Assembly: GCA_964291215.2 (NCBI GenBank)
Contig: OZ219790.1
Span: 64,001-128,000 of the forward strand
Source of the DNA: Alphaproteobacteria bacterium
GTDB taxonomy: Bacteria; Pseudomonadota; Alphaproteobacteria; MPNO01; UBA830
Direction: 5' to 3'
Length of the DNA: 64,000 bases
Shown here: one piece after another, positions 54,759-64,000 of the stretch
How the letters are laid out: every line of letters starts with the position of its first letter
How positions within the stretch are numbered: position 1 is the stretch's first letter
Translations under genes and position numbers: made by a program
The notes under the pieces: model-generated
What the model saw: the letters and a program-made list of their open reading frames with translations, nothing else
Databases searched by the model: none
What the model was told of the DNA's origin: nothing

Positions 54759-56609
54759 TCAGCCAAAAGGTGCTGCAGTTTCCTTGGCTTCGACCTTTTC
54801 CGCCTCGCGTGCTGCGCGCTGTTGTTCGCGCCACATCGCAGCATAGATGCCGTCATCGGCAAGAAGGCGGGAGTGACGGCCGGATTCGACAATGCGTCCA
54901 TCGACGACGACCAGGATTCGGTCCGCATCGATGACCGTCGAAAGGCGATGGGCGATGACCAACGTGGTCTTCTCCTTTGATACAAGGCGCAGGGCCGAGA
55001 GTATCTCCCGTTCGGTATGGGTATCGAGGGACGAGGTGGCCTCGTCGAAGAGCAGAATTTGCGGCTGCTTCAGAATCGTCCGCGCTATCGCAACCCGCTG
55101 CTTCTCGCCGCCAGAAAGCTTCAGCCCGCGTTCACCGACCATGGTCTCGTAGCCGTCCGGCGAGGACATGATGAAACCGTGGATCGCGGCAAGGCGAGCG
55201 GCTTCTTCGATCTCTTCCGGCAAGGCATCGGGACGCCCGTAGGCGATGTTGTACCGGATCGTGTCGTTGAACAGTACCGCGTCCTGGGGAACGACCCCTA
55301 ACGTCCGGCGCAGGCTCTGTTGGGTAACGTCGCGGATGTCCTGTCCGTCGATCAGGATGGCCCCGGAGCCGACATCATAGAACCGGTAAAGGAGGCGTCC
55401 GATCGTCGACTTGCCGGCTCCGCTGGGTCCGACCAGCGCCAGCGTCTGTCCGGGTTCGACCCTGAAACTCACGTCGTGGAGCACCTCGCGCCGCGAATCA
55501 TAGGCGAACGAGACGTTTCTGAACTCCACGGCGCCGTCTCCAGGTACAATTGTCCCGGCCGCTGGACGGTCCCGGACCTCGGCGTTGACATCGAGGAGAT
55601 GGAACATTGCCTCCATGTCGGTCAGGGCCTGCTTGATCTCGCGGTACACGAAGCCAAGGAAGTTCAGGGGCATGTAGAGCTGGATCAGATAGGTGTTGAC
55701 CATGACGAACTCGCCAATCGTCATGGTCCCGTCAGCAACATCACCTGCGGCCATCAGCACCAGGACGGTGATCGCGATGCCGACGATGGCCGCCTGGCCG
55801 ATATTCAGGAGAGACAGGCTCGTCTTGCTGATCACCGCCGCCCGTTCATAGCGTTCGAGCGCACGGTCGTACCGGCTCGCCTCATACTCCTCGTTTCCGA
55901 AATACTTGACCGTCTCGTAATTGAGAAGGCTGTCGATCGCCCGCGTGTTCGCTCTCTGATCGGTCTCATTCATTTCGCGGCGCCATTTCAGGCGCCATTC
56001 GGTGACGATCATCGTGTAGGCGATATAAGCCGCTATCGATGCAAGGGTTATGAGTGCGTACCAGAAATTGAAGAGAGTCCAGAGGATACCGCAAACCAGG
56101 AGGATCTCGAGGAGGGTGGGCAGGATGTTGAAGAGCATGAACCGCAGAATGAAATCGATGGCCTTGGTTCCGCGCTCTATGGCGTGCGAAAGACCGCCCG
56201 TCTGCCGTTCAAGATGGTAGCGCAGGGCCAGCCCGTGGAGATGGCGGAAGGTCTGGAGAGCGGCCTCGCGAATGGCGCGCTGCGCCACCTTGGTGAAGAC
56301 AGCGTCCCGAAGTTCTGCGAAAGCGATCGACAGAATCCGCAGCGCTCCGAAGGCAATAATCAGAGCGACCGGAATGATAATCGCCGATGCCTCTTCGGGG
56401 CTCAGGCGATCGACGATCTGACCATAGACTACGGGGATATAGACCGTTGCCCCCTTCGCGGCGGCAAGGAACAGGAGCGCGACGAGCACCCGGACTTTGG
56501 CCTGCAGGCCACCGTAGGTCCAAAGGTAGGGGGCGAGAGTGCGGAGCGCCTGCCATTCAAAACCGGAATCGATGCGGCGTCCGGATAAGGTCCTGTCGGG
56601 CTCAGCCAT
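54759..56609 (-). CDS. atm1: ABCB/ATM1-type ABC transporter (fused permease-ATPase)
   Basis: DSLLNYETVKYF, PLNFLGFVYREI, GPSGAGKS, LSGGEKQR, FDEAT. Confidence 0.92.
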   Translation of the reverse strand: MAEPDRTLSGRRIDSGFEWQALRTLAPYLWTYGGLQAKVRVLVALLFLAAAKGATVYIPVVYGQIVDRLSPEEASAIIIPVALIIAFGALRILSIAFAELRDAVFTKVAQRAIREAALQTFRHLHGLALRYHLERQTGGLSHAIERGTKAIDFILRFMLFNILPTLLEILLVCGILWTLFNFWYALITLASIAAYIAYTMIVTEWRLKWRREMNETDQRANTRAIDSLLNYETVKYFGNEEYEASRYDRALERYERAAVISKTSLSLLNIGQAAIVGIAITVLVLMAAGDVADGTMTIGEFVMVNTYLIQLYMPLNFLGFVYREIKQALTDMEAMFHLLDVNAEVRDRPAAGTIVPGDGAVEFRNVSFAYDSRREVLHDVSFRVEPGQTLALVGPSGAGKSTIGRLLYRFYDVGSGAILIDGQDIRDVTQQSLRRTLGVVPQDAVLFNDTIRYNIAYGRPDALPEEIEEAARLAAIHGFIMSSPDGYETMVGERGLKLSGGEKQRVAIARTILKQPQILLFDEATSSLDTHTEREILSALRLVSKEKTTLVIAHRLSTVIDADRILVVVDGRIVESGRHSRLLADDGIYAAMWREQQRAAREAEKVEAKETAAPFG

Positions 56610-57249
56610 CGCGGCAGGGCTTGCGAAGCGGTGCGAGCTCAGGCGGCGGTCTTGCCGACCGCGCAAGACGGATTCGCTTCGCCGGTGGAGGATCGGGTCC
56701 CGAGCGACGGCCCCATCCGGTCCTGGACGGAAGAGGCTGCCGGTTCGACGGAACCGGCAGTGCGCTTCGTGACTGGCGTGGAACTGGGCCTGCGGTCCAT
56801 TTCGTCGGTCCTGTCGTTCACGAAGACCGCTTGCGACCCCGTCGGGTGCAGTCAGCATCGTGGAATGAACAGTTGCTCAGGGAGTATAGAGGAAGGCGGG
56901 ACCGACAAGAAGGGTTCCTCTTCGGCTTTCCGATGCCGCTTCCGATCGGCTGGTCCGAATCGGATAGGTAGGAGACCCTTCACCCTGCCAGCAACCTCGC
57001 ACCGATGGATCTGGCACTTTCACAGCCTATCGCAGGCGCAGATTGCTGGCAGGTGCCCCGGAAATGATGTTTTTTCCTTTGATTTTTCAACCAAAACCTG
57101 TATATGGCGGTTGGCTGCGTCCGGCTGTCAACGCAATCCCACAAACAACATGGACACGTCCGACGGAGCCCTGCCGCGCAGCGTGACGACCCATTCGAAC
57201 CTGCGCGGAGTTGCTGGCGAGTCTTGTGTAATTGTGCCAGATTCTCCCC

Positions 57250-58230
57250 ATGTACAGGATATTGATTGTTCCCGTCCTTGCGCTTGTGCTCGCACAGGGC
57301 ACAGTTGCCCGGGCATCGACCGACGGCGAGGCAAAATTCGAAGCCTGGTTGGATGTCGTGCGTACGGAAGCCGCATCACGCGGTCTGAAGGCGTCGACCA
57401 TTAGCGGGGCGTTGTCGGAAATTGAACCGATAGCACGGGTAATCGAACTCGACCGCCGACAGCCGGAGTTCACTCTGACCTTCAAGGAATATGTCAGGCG
57501 CGTCGTCCCCGACAAGCGGGTGCGCAAGGGCCGGGTACTTCTGAAGGAGAATGCCGGGCTCCTGGCCAAGGTTTCTGCCAGGTATCGGGTGCAGCCGCGC
57601 TTCATCGTTGCCCTGTGGGGAATCGAGACCGATTTTGGACGGGTTACCGGCGGTTTTCCGGTCATAGCGGCGCTCGCCACTCTTGCCTATGACGGTCGGA
57701 GATCGGCCTATTTCCGACGCGAACTCTTTGATGCGTTGCGAATCCTCGACGAAGGCCACATTACGCCACAGGAAATGATCGGATCATGGGCAGGCGCGAT
57801 GGGCCAGAACCAGTTCATGCCCTCATCGTTCAGGCGTTTTGCGGTCGACCATGACGGCGACGGCCGGCGCGATATCTGGACGACACGTGCCGACGTGTTC
57901 GCTTCGGCGGCAAACTATCTGTCGCATGCAGGGTGGAAGAACGACAGGACCTGGGGGCGGCAGATCCGCTTGCCGAAGGGGTTCGATGAAAAACTGGTCA
58001 ATGGCAAGACCCGCAAACGCCTTTCGGCCTGGCAAGCTCTCGGCGTCCGCAAGGCGGACGGTGGAAATCTGCCGAAACGCGATCTTCCTGCCGTTCTGGT
58101 CAGGCCCAGCGCTGGAATGAATCCGGTCTTCGCTGTCTACAGCAACTATGAATCTCTCCTGCGCTGGAACAGGTCCAGCTATTTCGCGATAAGCGTCGGC
58201 ATTCTGTCCGATCGCATCGCCGGCCGGTAG
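57250..58230 (+). CDS. mltB: Lytic murein transglycosylase (MltB family)
   Basis: ALWGIETDFG, GSWAGAMGQNQFMPSS, D.DGDGRRDIW. Confidence 0.92.
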   Translation: MYRILIVPVLALVLAQGTVARASTDGEAKFEAWLDVVRTEAASRGLKASTISGALSEIEPIARVIELDRRQPEFTLTFKEYVRRVVPDKRVRKGRVLLKENAGLLAKVSARYRVQPRFIVALWGIETDFGRVTGGFPVIAALATLAYDGRRSAYFRRELFDALRILDEGHITPQEMIGSWAGAMGQNQFMPSSFRRFAVDHDGDGRRDIWTTRADVFASAANYLSHAGWKNDRTWGRQIRLPKGFDEKLVNGKTRKRLSAWQALGVRKADGGNLPKRDLPAVLVRPSAGMNPVFAVYSNYESLLRWNRSSYFAISVGILSDRIAGR

Positions 58231-58238
58231 CGGGCAGA

Positions 58239-59144
58239 GTGTCTCCCGTGCTTCCTGACCACATCGGGCGATGGCCCAAGACGGGAAGAGCACTGGCCTT
58301 CACCGCTTGTGTCGTCCTGTTAGCCACCGGCTGCGCCGACAGGAGGGTGGCGAGAGAGGATCCCCCACCGAACCGGGATCCGTTGCCGCACACGAGTGCA
58401 CAGGCACGCTACAAGGTGGGTAACCCCTACGAGATCGCCGGAGTTCGCTATTTTCCCGCGGAAGACTATACCTATGCGGAAACCGGCATAGCCTCCTGGT
58501 ACGGCCCCAAATTCCATGGCCGGCCCACGGCCAACGGCGAGATATTCGATATGAATACGGTATCCGCTGCACACAAGACGCTGCCGATGCCGAGTGTCGT
58601 TCGCGTCACCAATCTCCGGAACGGCAGGTCGCTGGTGGTTCGGGTCAATGACCGCGGGCCGTTCGTTGCCGACCGGATCATCGATCTCTCGCGGCGTACT
58701 GCCGATCTCCTCGACATACGCCGGCAGGGAACCGCTCCTGTCAGGGTCGAGATCCTTCCCCGGGAAAGCCGGCATCTCAAGGAGCTTGCCCTCAAGAACA
58801 GCCTGCCGCCGGTTCCAGATACCGTGGAGGTCGCCCGGTCGGACACGCTTACCTCCGATTCTGCGATTCCGGCGTGGAAAACCACAGATGGCGGCCGGCC
58901 GGTTCCCGAGAGAAACCCGCAGATATTTGTCCAGGTTGGCGCCTTCACCCAACACGGCTACGCTGTGCGTGCCCTGGCCCGTCTGCAGGGCCATGGCGCG
59001 GCCCGGATCGCGGAGGGCAGGGTAGGGGGGAGACAGTACTTCCGCGTCCGCTTCGGACCGGTCCCGGACTTTGCCAGCGCCGAAACTGCCCTGCAGACCA
59101 TCGTTTCGGCCGGTTTTCCGAAGGCCATCATCGTTGTAGACTGA
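58239..59144 (+). CDS. rlpA: Septal ring lytic transglycosylase RlpA lipoprotein with SPOR domain
   Basis: LATGC lipobox, GIASWYG, AAHKTLP, RVNDRGPF, VQVGAF. Confidence 0.92.
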   Translation: MSPVLPDHIGRWPKTGRALAFTACVVLLATGCADRRVAREDPPPNRDPLPHTSAQARYKVGNPYEIAGVRYFPAEDYTYAETGIASWYGPKFHGRPTANGEIFDMNTVSAAHKTLPMPSVVRVTNLRNGRSLVVRVNDRGPFVADRIIDLSRRTADLLDIRRQGTAPVRVEILPRESRHLKELALKNSLPPVPDTVEVARSDTLTSDSAIPAWKTTDGGRPVPERNPQIFVQVGAFTQHGYAVRALARLQGHGAARIAEGRVGGRQYFRVRFGPVPDFASAETALQTIVSAGFPKAIIVVD

Positions 59145-59234
59145 ATCCGATCAGCAGGTGCGCGGATGGATCCGGCGCACAGTCCGCCATTGCCTTACAA
59201 TCGCTTGCGGCATGGACGGCAGGAGAGACGACCA

Positions 59235-60374
59235 ATGGGAACTCCGGCTCGGGTTGCCGCGCTTGCAGTCCTGCTTCCCCTTCTCGCCGTCTCTGGCGGC
59301 GCGGCCCAAGGTATCAGCACGCCTGCGAAGCATGCCTTCATGATCGACGTCTCCACGGATACCGTTCTTCTTGACAAGGCGTCGGATGTGCCGATGCCGC
59401 CAGCATCGATGAGCAAGCTCATGACCATCTACATGGTCTTCGATGCGATACGGCGCGGCACTCTCAAAATGGAGGATGAGCTCCTCATCAGCACGAAGGC
59501 GGCGAAGAAGGGCGGCTCCAGAATGTTCATGCGGCCCGGCGAGAGGATCCGCGTTGACGATCTTTTGCGCGGTATCATCGTGCAGTCGGGCAATGACGCC
59601 TGCATCGTGGTGGCAGAAGCTCTGGCAGGGTCGGAAGAGGAGTTTGCCAAGCTGATGACCGAACAGGGCAGGGTGCTCGGCCTGAAGCACAGCACCTTCA
59701 CGAATTCGACCGGCTGGCCGCACCCCAGGCACTTGATGTCGGCGCGCGATCTCGCACGCCTTTCCGTGATCCTGATCGAGAAGTTCCCCGACCTGTATGG
59801 GATCTTCAAGGAGAAGACTTTCACATACAACGACATAAAGCAGGGCAACCGCAATCCGTTGCTCTATATCGATCCGAGCGCAGACGGGCTGAAGACGGGC
59901 TTCACCAAGGCCTCGATGTACGGACTTACCGCATCGGCGATACGGGAGGGACGGCGAATTATCCTCGTTCTGAACGGGCTGGAGAATTCCAGGATCCGTA
60001 AGGAGGAGTCCGCCCGTCTTATGGAATGGGCCTTTCGCTCGCATCGCGTATACACGCTGTTCAAGCCCGGCGAAGAAGTCGTGAGCGCCGGCGTATGGCT
60101 GGGCGCCGAACCTGCGGTGCCGCTCGTGGTTGCCGGCGGTCTTCGGCTGTCGCTCACCCTCCCGCACTTTAGAAGGATGGAAGTAAAGGTGCGGACGATG
60201 GAACCAGTGGCTGCGCCGATCCGGAAGAATGACAGGATCGGAGCCCTGTTCGTCTCGGTCCCCGACCGCAAGATCCAGGAAATACCGCTGCTCGCCGGCA
60301 GGGATGTGGAGCGCATGAGCGTGTTTGGCCGCTTGGGAGCGACCCTGTCCTATCTCCTTTGGGGCGGAGTGTAG
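59235..60374 (+). CDS. dacA: D-alanyl-D-alanine carboxypeptidase (PBP5/6)
   Basis: SMSK, SGN, KTG motifs. Confidence 0.92.
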   Translation: MGTPARVAALAVLLPLLAVSGGAAQGISTPAKHAFMIDVSTDTVLLDKASDVPMPPASMSKLMTIYMVFDAIRRGTLKMEDELLISTKAAKKGGSRMFMRPGERIRVDDLLRGIIVQSGNDACIVVAEALAGSEEEFAKLMTEQGRVLGLKHSTFTNSTGWPHPRHLMSARDLARLSVILIEKFPDLYGIFKEKTFTYNDIKQGNRNPLLYIDPSADGLKTGFTKASMYGLTASAIREGRRIILVLNGLENSRIRKEESARLMEWAFRSHRVYTLFKPGEEVVSAGVWLGAEPAVPLVVAGGLRLSLTLPHFRRMEVKVRTMEPVAAPIRKNDRIGALFVSVPDRKIQEIPLLAGRDVERMSVFGRLGATLSYLLWGGV

Positions 60375-60393
60375 GGGCGAGCCGCCCTAGTTG

Positions 60394-61032
60394 ATGACCA
60401 CGGCAAGGTTCATAACGCTCGAGGGCGGCGAAGGCGTCGGCAAGACGACACAGGTGGAATTGCTGGCAGGGACCCTGCGCGAACGCGGGCTTGGCGTAAC
60501 GACAACGAGGGAGCCCGGAGGTTCGCCCGGTGCCGAGGAAATCCGCAAAATGCTGCTAGACCCTTCGGCGAACTGGACACCGGCAAGCGAGGCGCTGCTC
60601 CATTTTGCTGCCCGGGCAAACCACTATACGATGTTGATCGCGCCGGCCCTGAAGCGAGGTGAATGGGTTATAAGCGACCGGTTCGCGGATTCGACCCTCG
60701 CCTATCAGGGTTACGGCATGGGGCTGGAGTTGTCGGCCATAGAGATGCTCTATGAGCTGGCGCTCGGGGATTTCGAACCGGATCTCACGCTGGTTCTCGA
60801 CATTCCCGCCGAACTGGCGGTGGAACGGCGCCAGAAGAGGGCATTGGCCCCGGATCGTTACGAACGGATGGACATGGCCTTTCACCGTCGTCTTCACGAC
60901 GGATTCCTGGAGATAGCGGCGCACCGGCCAGACCGCTGCGCGGTGATTCCTGCGGATGGTTCCCCGGATTGCGTTGCCGCACGGATACGGACCGTTGTGA
61001 TGGAGAGGCTGTGGGAAGAGAGTGCACAATGA
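60394..61032 (+). CDS. tmk: Thymidylate kinase
   Basis: FITLEGGEGVGKTTQ, TREPGG, DRF.DST.AYQG. Confidence 0.95.
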   Translation: MTTARFITLEGGEGVGKTTQVELLAGTLRERGLGVTTTREPGGSPGAEEIRKMLLDPSANWTPASEALLHFAARANHYTMLIAPALKRGEWVISDRFADSTLAYQGYGMGLELSAIEMLYELALGDFEPDLTLVLDIPAELAVERRQKRALAPDRYERMDMAFHRRLHDGFLEIAAHRPDRCAVIPADGSPDCVAARIRTVVMERLWEESAQ

Positions 61033-62162
61033 GCGCGAGTCCCGAGCCCTGGCAGAATTCCGGCCTGCTCGGCCATGCGGAGGCCGAGAGACACCTGCTT
61101 GACGCTTGGGCAGGCGGAAAACTCGCGCATGGCTGGCTCCTCACAGGGCCAAGAGGCATCGGCAAGATGACGCTTGCCTGCCGGTTCGCCCGTTTTCTCC
61201 TCGCCAATCCGGAGCGGGCGGGCGATGACGGTCTTTTTGCAGCAGAGCCATCGCCACCGCCCGATTCACTGGAAATCTCCGAGGAACACCCCGTCTTCCG
61301 GAGGATTGCCTCTGGTGGCCATGTCGACCTCCATATCGTCGAACGCGGCTTCGTGGACGGTGATACAGACACCGAGCGCGCAAACCGGAAACGCCACACT
61401 GTGATTTCCGTCGACGATGTCCGGGCGGCATGCCGGTCGATGGCGCTCACGGCATCGGAAGGCGGATGGCGCATCGTCATCGTCGACGGTGCCGACGAGA
61501 TGAACGCGAATGCTGCCAATGCCTTGCTCAAGCTCCTTGAGGAACCGCCGGCCCGGTCCGTGCTGATTCTTGTTGCTCATTCAGGGGGCAGACTACCTCC
61601 GACCATTGCGTCGCGGTGCTGCCGCCTGCGTCTCATGCCCTTGGACCCCGAAACGCTTTCGAAACTGATGGGCATCTACAGGCCGCAACTCGACGGCGAT
61701 GCGCGTCGCCGCCTGATCAGTCTTGCGGACGGAAGCATCAGACGTGCGCTTGCGCTGGCGGACGGTGAGGGGCTCGCCGTCCACGACGATCTGATGGCGC
61801 TCTTGGCCGGCCTTCCCGACCTCGACACCTCGGCGGCACATGAATTTACCAGGCGTTTTGGACGCCGGGAGGCAGATGTTGCATGGCAAACGGCCACCGA
61901 CCTCATTGCCCGCTGCCTGAACCGCATGATCAGCGCCGGAGCACGGCAGACCGGAGTGGCTGCAATGGGTTTCGATCCGAAGGATGCCGAATGCCTCACA
62001 CGCCTTCTCAGCATGGCGAGCCTTGATTGCTGGTTGAGTGTGTGGGAAAAGAGTTGCGGCCTGTTCGCCCAGGCACATTCTGTCCATCTGGACAGAAGGC
62101 AGGTCATGCTGGAGATCCTCGGCATTCTTCAAACTGCAGCGCGGTCGGGTACAAGACCCTGA
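61029..62162 (+). CDS. holB: DNA polymerase III delta' subunit
   Basis: GPRGIGK, ANALLKLLEEPP, TIASRC; tmk-holB-metG synteny. Confidence 0.92.
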   Translation: MSASPEPWQNSGLLGHAEAERHLLDAWAGGKLAHGWLLTGPRGIGKMTLACRFARFLLANPERAGDDGLFAAEPSPPPDSLEISEEHPVFRRIASGGHVDLHIVERGFVDGDTDTERANRKRHTVISVDDVRAACRSMALTASEGGWRIVIVDGADEMNANAANALLKLLEEPPARSVLILVAHSGGRLPPTIASRCCRLRLMPLDPETLSKLMGIYRPQLDGDARRRLISLADGSIRRALALADGEGLAVHDDLMALLAGLPDLDTSAAHEFTRRFGRREADVAWQTATDLIARCLNRMISAGARQTGVAAMGFDPKDAECLTRLLSMASLDCWLSVWEKSCGLFAQAHSVHLDRRQVMLEILGILQTAARSGTRP

Positions 62163-62209
62163 ACCGGCGTCCCGACGCTGGCGGAAGACCGTTCGGGAAG
62201 GGGACGAAC

Positions 62210-63757
62210 ATGCCCGATCAGAGGAATTTCTACGTCACGACGCCGATATACTACGTCAATGATTCGCCGCATATCGGCCATGCCTACACGACGTTGTCAT
62301 GCGACGTTCTTGCCCGGTTCAAGCGCCTTGACGGTTTTGACGTGTTTTTCCTTACGGGAACCGATGAACACGGCCAGAAGGTCGAGAAATCGGCAACAGC
62401 CGCGGGCAAGACTCCGCAGGCATTCACCGATGAGGTATCGGAGAACTTTCGCGACCTCGCCGGGCTCATGAAATTCAGCAATGACGCGTTTATTCGGACC
62501 ACCGAGCCGCGACACGCCCGCGCCAGCCAGGCGATCTGGAGCGCGCTCATGGAAAACGGCCATATCTATCTTGGGTCTTATTCCGGCTGGTATGCCGTTC
62601 GCGACGAGGCGTTCTATGCCGAGAGTGAACTTCAGACCGATGATCAAGGACGCAAGATTGCCCCGTCCGGCGCTGAATGCGAGTGGGTGGAAGAGCCGAG
62701 CTACTTCTTCAACCTCTCGAAATGGCAGGATAGGTTGCTCGAGTTTTACGAGCAGAATCCCGATTTCATAGCCCCGCAATCGCGTCGCAACGAAGTCATC
62801 AGTTTCGTCAAGGGCGGGCTCCAGGACCTGTCCATTTCGCGCACCAGCTTCAGCTGGGGTGTTCCGGTCCCCGACGACGACGGTCACATCATGTATGTCT
62901 GGCTCGACGCGCTGACCAACTACATCACAGCGGTCGGTTATCCCGACACCGACGCATCCGCCTATCGGCAGTACTGGCCCGCAGATCTCCATATGGTGGG
63001 AAAGGACATCCTGCGTTTCCATGCCGTGTACTGGCCCGCGTTCCTGATGGGCGCCGGGCTGGAGCCGCCGAAGCGGGTATTCGCGCATGGATGGTGGACC
63101 AATGAAGGTCAGAAGATCTCGAAATCCTTGGGCAATATCATTGATCCCTACGAGATTGTGAAAACCTACGGTCTCGATCAGATCAGGTATTTCCTGCTGC
63201 GTGAAGTGCCGTTCGGAAACGACGGGGATTTTTCCCGAAAATCAGTCCTGAACCGGATCAATGGCGATCTTGCAAATGACCTTGGCAATCTTGTTCAGCG
63301 CGTTCTTTCCATGGTTGGGCGCTATTGCGACGGCCGGATGCCGGCCCCGGCGACGATACCGACGGACGATGACCGGGCACTTCTGGAACAAGCCGCCGGC
63401 GCTATCGCGGCCATAAGAAGGAGCATGGATGCGCAAGCCTTCAACGAAGCGCTCGACACCATATGGTCGCTGGTGAGGGCTGCCAACGGGTATGTCGATC
63501 ACCAAGCGCCTTGGCGCCTTCACAAAGAGTATGTGGAACGGCGAGATAGCGTCCTCTATACCCTTGCCGAAACGATCCGCCACATCGGCCTGTATCTCCA
63601 GCCATTCGTGCCGGATGCTGCCAGGTCGATCCTCGATCAGCTCGAGATCGCCGACGATCGGAGGGATTTTTCCTGCATCGGCGGCGGGCATGCGATGAAG
63701 CCTGGTACAGTACTCCGGAAACCTACTGCAATCTTTCCACGCATCGTGGCTGAATAG
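62210..63757 (+). CDS. metG: Methionyl-tRNA synthetase
   Basis: HIGH, GTDEHGQK, YVWLDAL, KISKS. Confidence 0.96.
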   Translation: MPDQRNFYVTTPIYYVNDSPHIGHAYTTLSCDVLARFKRLDGFDVFFLTGTDEHGQKVEKSATAAGKTPQAFTDEVSENFRDLAGLMKFSNDAFIRTTEPRHARASQAIWSALMENGHIYLGSYSGWYAVRDEAFYAESELQTDDQGRKIAPSGAECEWVEEPSYFFNLSKWQDRLLEFYEQNPDFIAPQSRRNEVISFVKGGLQDLSISRTSFSWGVPVPDDDGHIMYVWLDALTNYITAVGYPDTDASAYRQYWPADLHMVGKDILRFHAVYWPAFLMGAGLEPPKRVFAHGWWTNEGQKISKSLGNIIDPYEIVKTYGLDQIRYFLLREVPFGNDGDFSRKSVLNRINGDLANDLGNLVQRVLSMVGRYCDGRMPAPATIPTDDDRALLEQAAGAIAAIRRSMDAQAFNEALDTIWSLVRAANGYVDHQAPWRLHKEYVERRDSVLYTLAETIRHIGLYLQPFVPDAARSILDQLEIADDRRDFSCIGGGHAMKPGTVLRKPTAIFPRIVAE

Positions 63758-64000
63758 CCTGGCAAATCTGGCGATGCCAGCAAGGGATGGACAAGATCTT
63801 TCAGAACAGCAGATTATGCGCTTAATCTTGAAGGATACGCTGAAGCGGCACCAGGCAGCGTGGGGGACAAGGCAACCGGCCCTGCTGCCTGAAGGCCGGA
63901 GAACTGACCCTTCAGCGATTGGATGTGCAAACCTTCCTCTTCCGGCACACCAACATCACACCGGAGCCGATCACCTGCTATGGCATCATGCCTGCCACAC

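Noticed and set aside
56610-57230. ORFs between atm1 and mltB
   Set aside because: No motifs or clear RBS; likely a divergent promoter region.
1-64000. CRISPR array, tRNA/rRNA genes, prophage
   Set aside because: No regularly spaced short repeats, no RNA-gene signatures and no phage structural genes seen; the repeats are IS copies.

Overview
GC-rich alphaproteobacterial (Rhodospirillales-like) chromosomal window. Intact core genes flank it: TRAP dctQ/dctP and a TauD-type dioxygenase on the left; atm1, mltB, rlpA, dac, tmk, holB and metG on the right. Between them lies a ~50 kb accessory island. The island contains: (i) a four-gene candidate defence operon (excisionase-HTH::SF2 helicase, small Cys4 Zn-finger protein, RloC-like zinc-hook ABC ATPase, and a HEPN protein that can be rebuilt by removing two IS insertions); (ii) a cargo-carrying IS1595 inside an IS30; (iii) a decayed hsdM-Fic-HEPN/MNT locus; (iv) a nested pile-up of IS66, IS630 and IS1634 with an inversion and a group II intron-in-intron; (v) ICE relics (ardC fragment, intact DUF1778/GNAT TA pair, SIR2 fragment); (vi) an intact, translationally coupled 13.4 kb XRE::SNF2-DUF3883 / DUF2806 / DUF1156 MTase / ABC-ATPase / TOPRIM-like / DUF499 system with a palindromic operator; (vii) a small glycosyltransferase cluster. 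Nearly every mobile element is riddled with short microhomology-flanked deletions but carries few substitutions, and the deletions are distributed across copies in a non-tree-like way. All family assignments come from motif recognition by eye, not from database searches.
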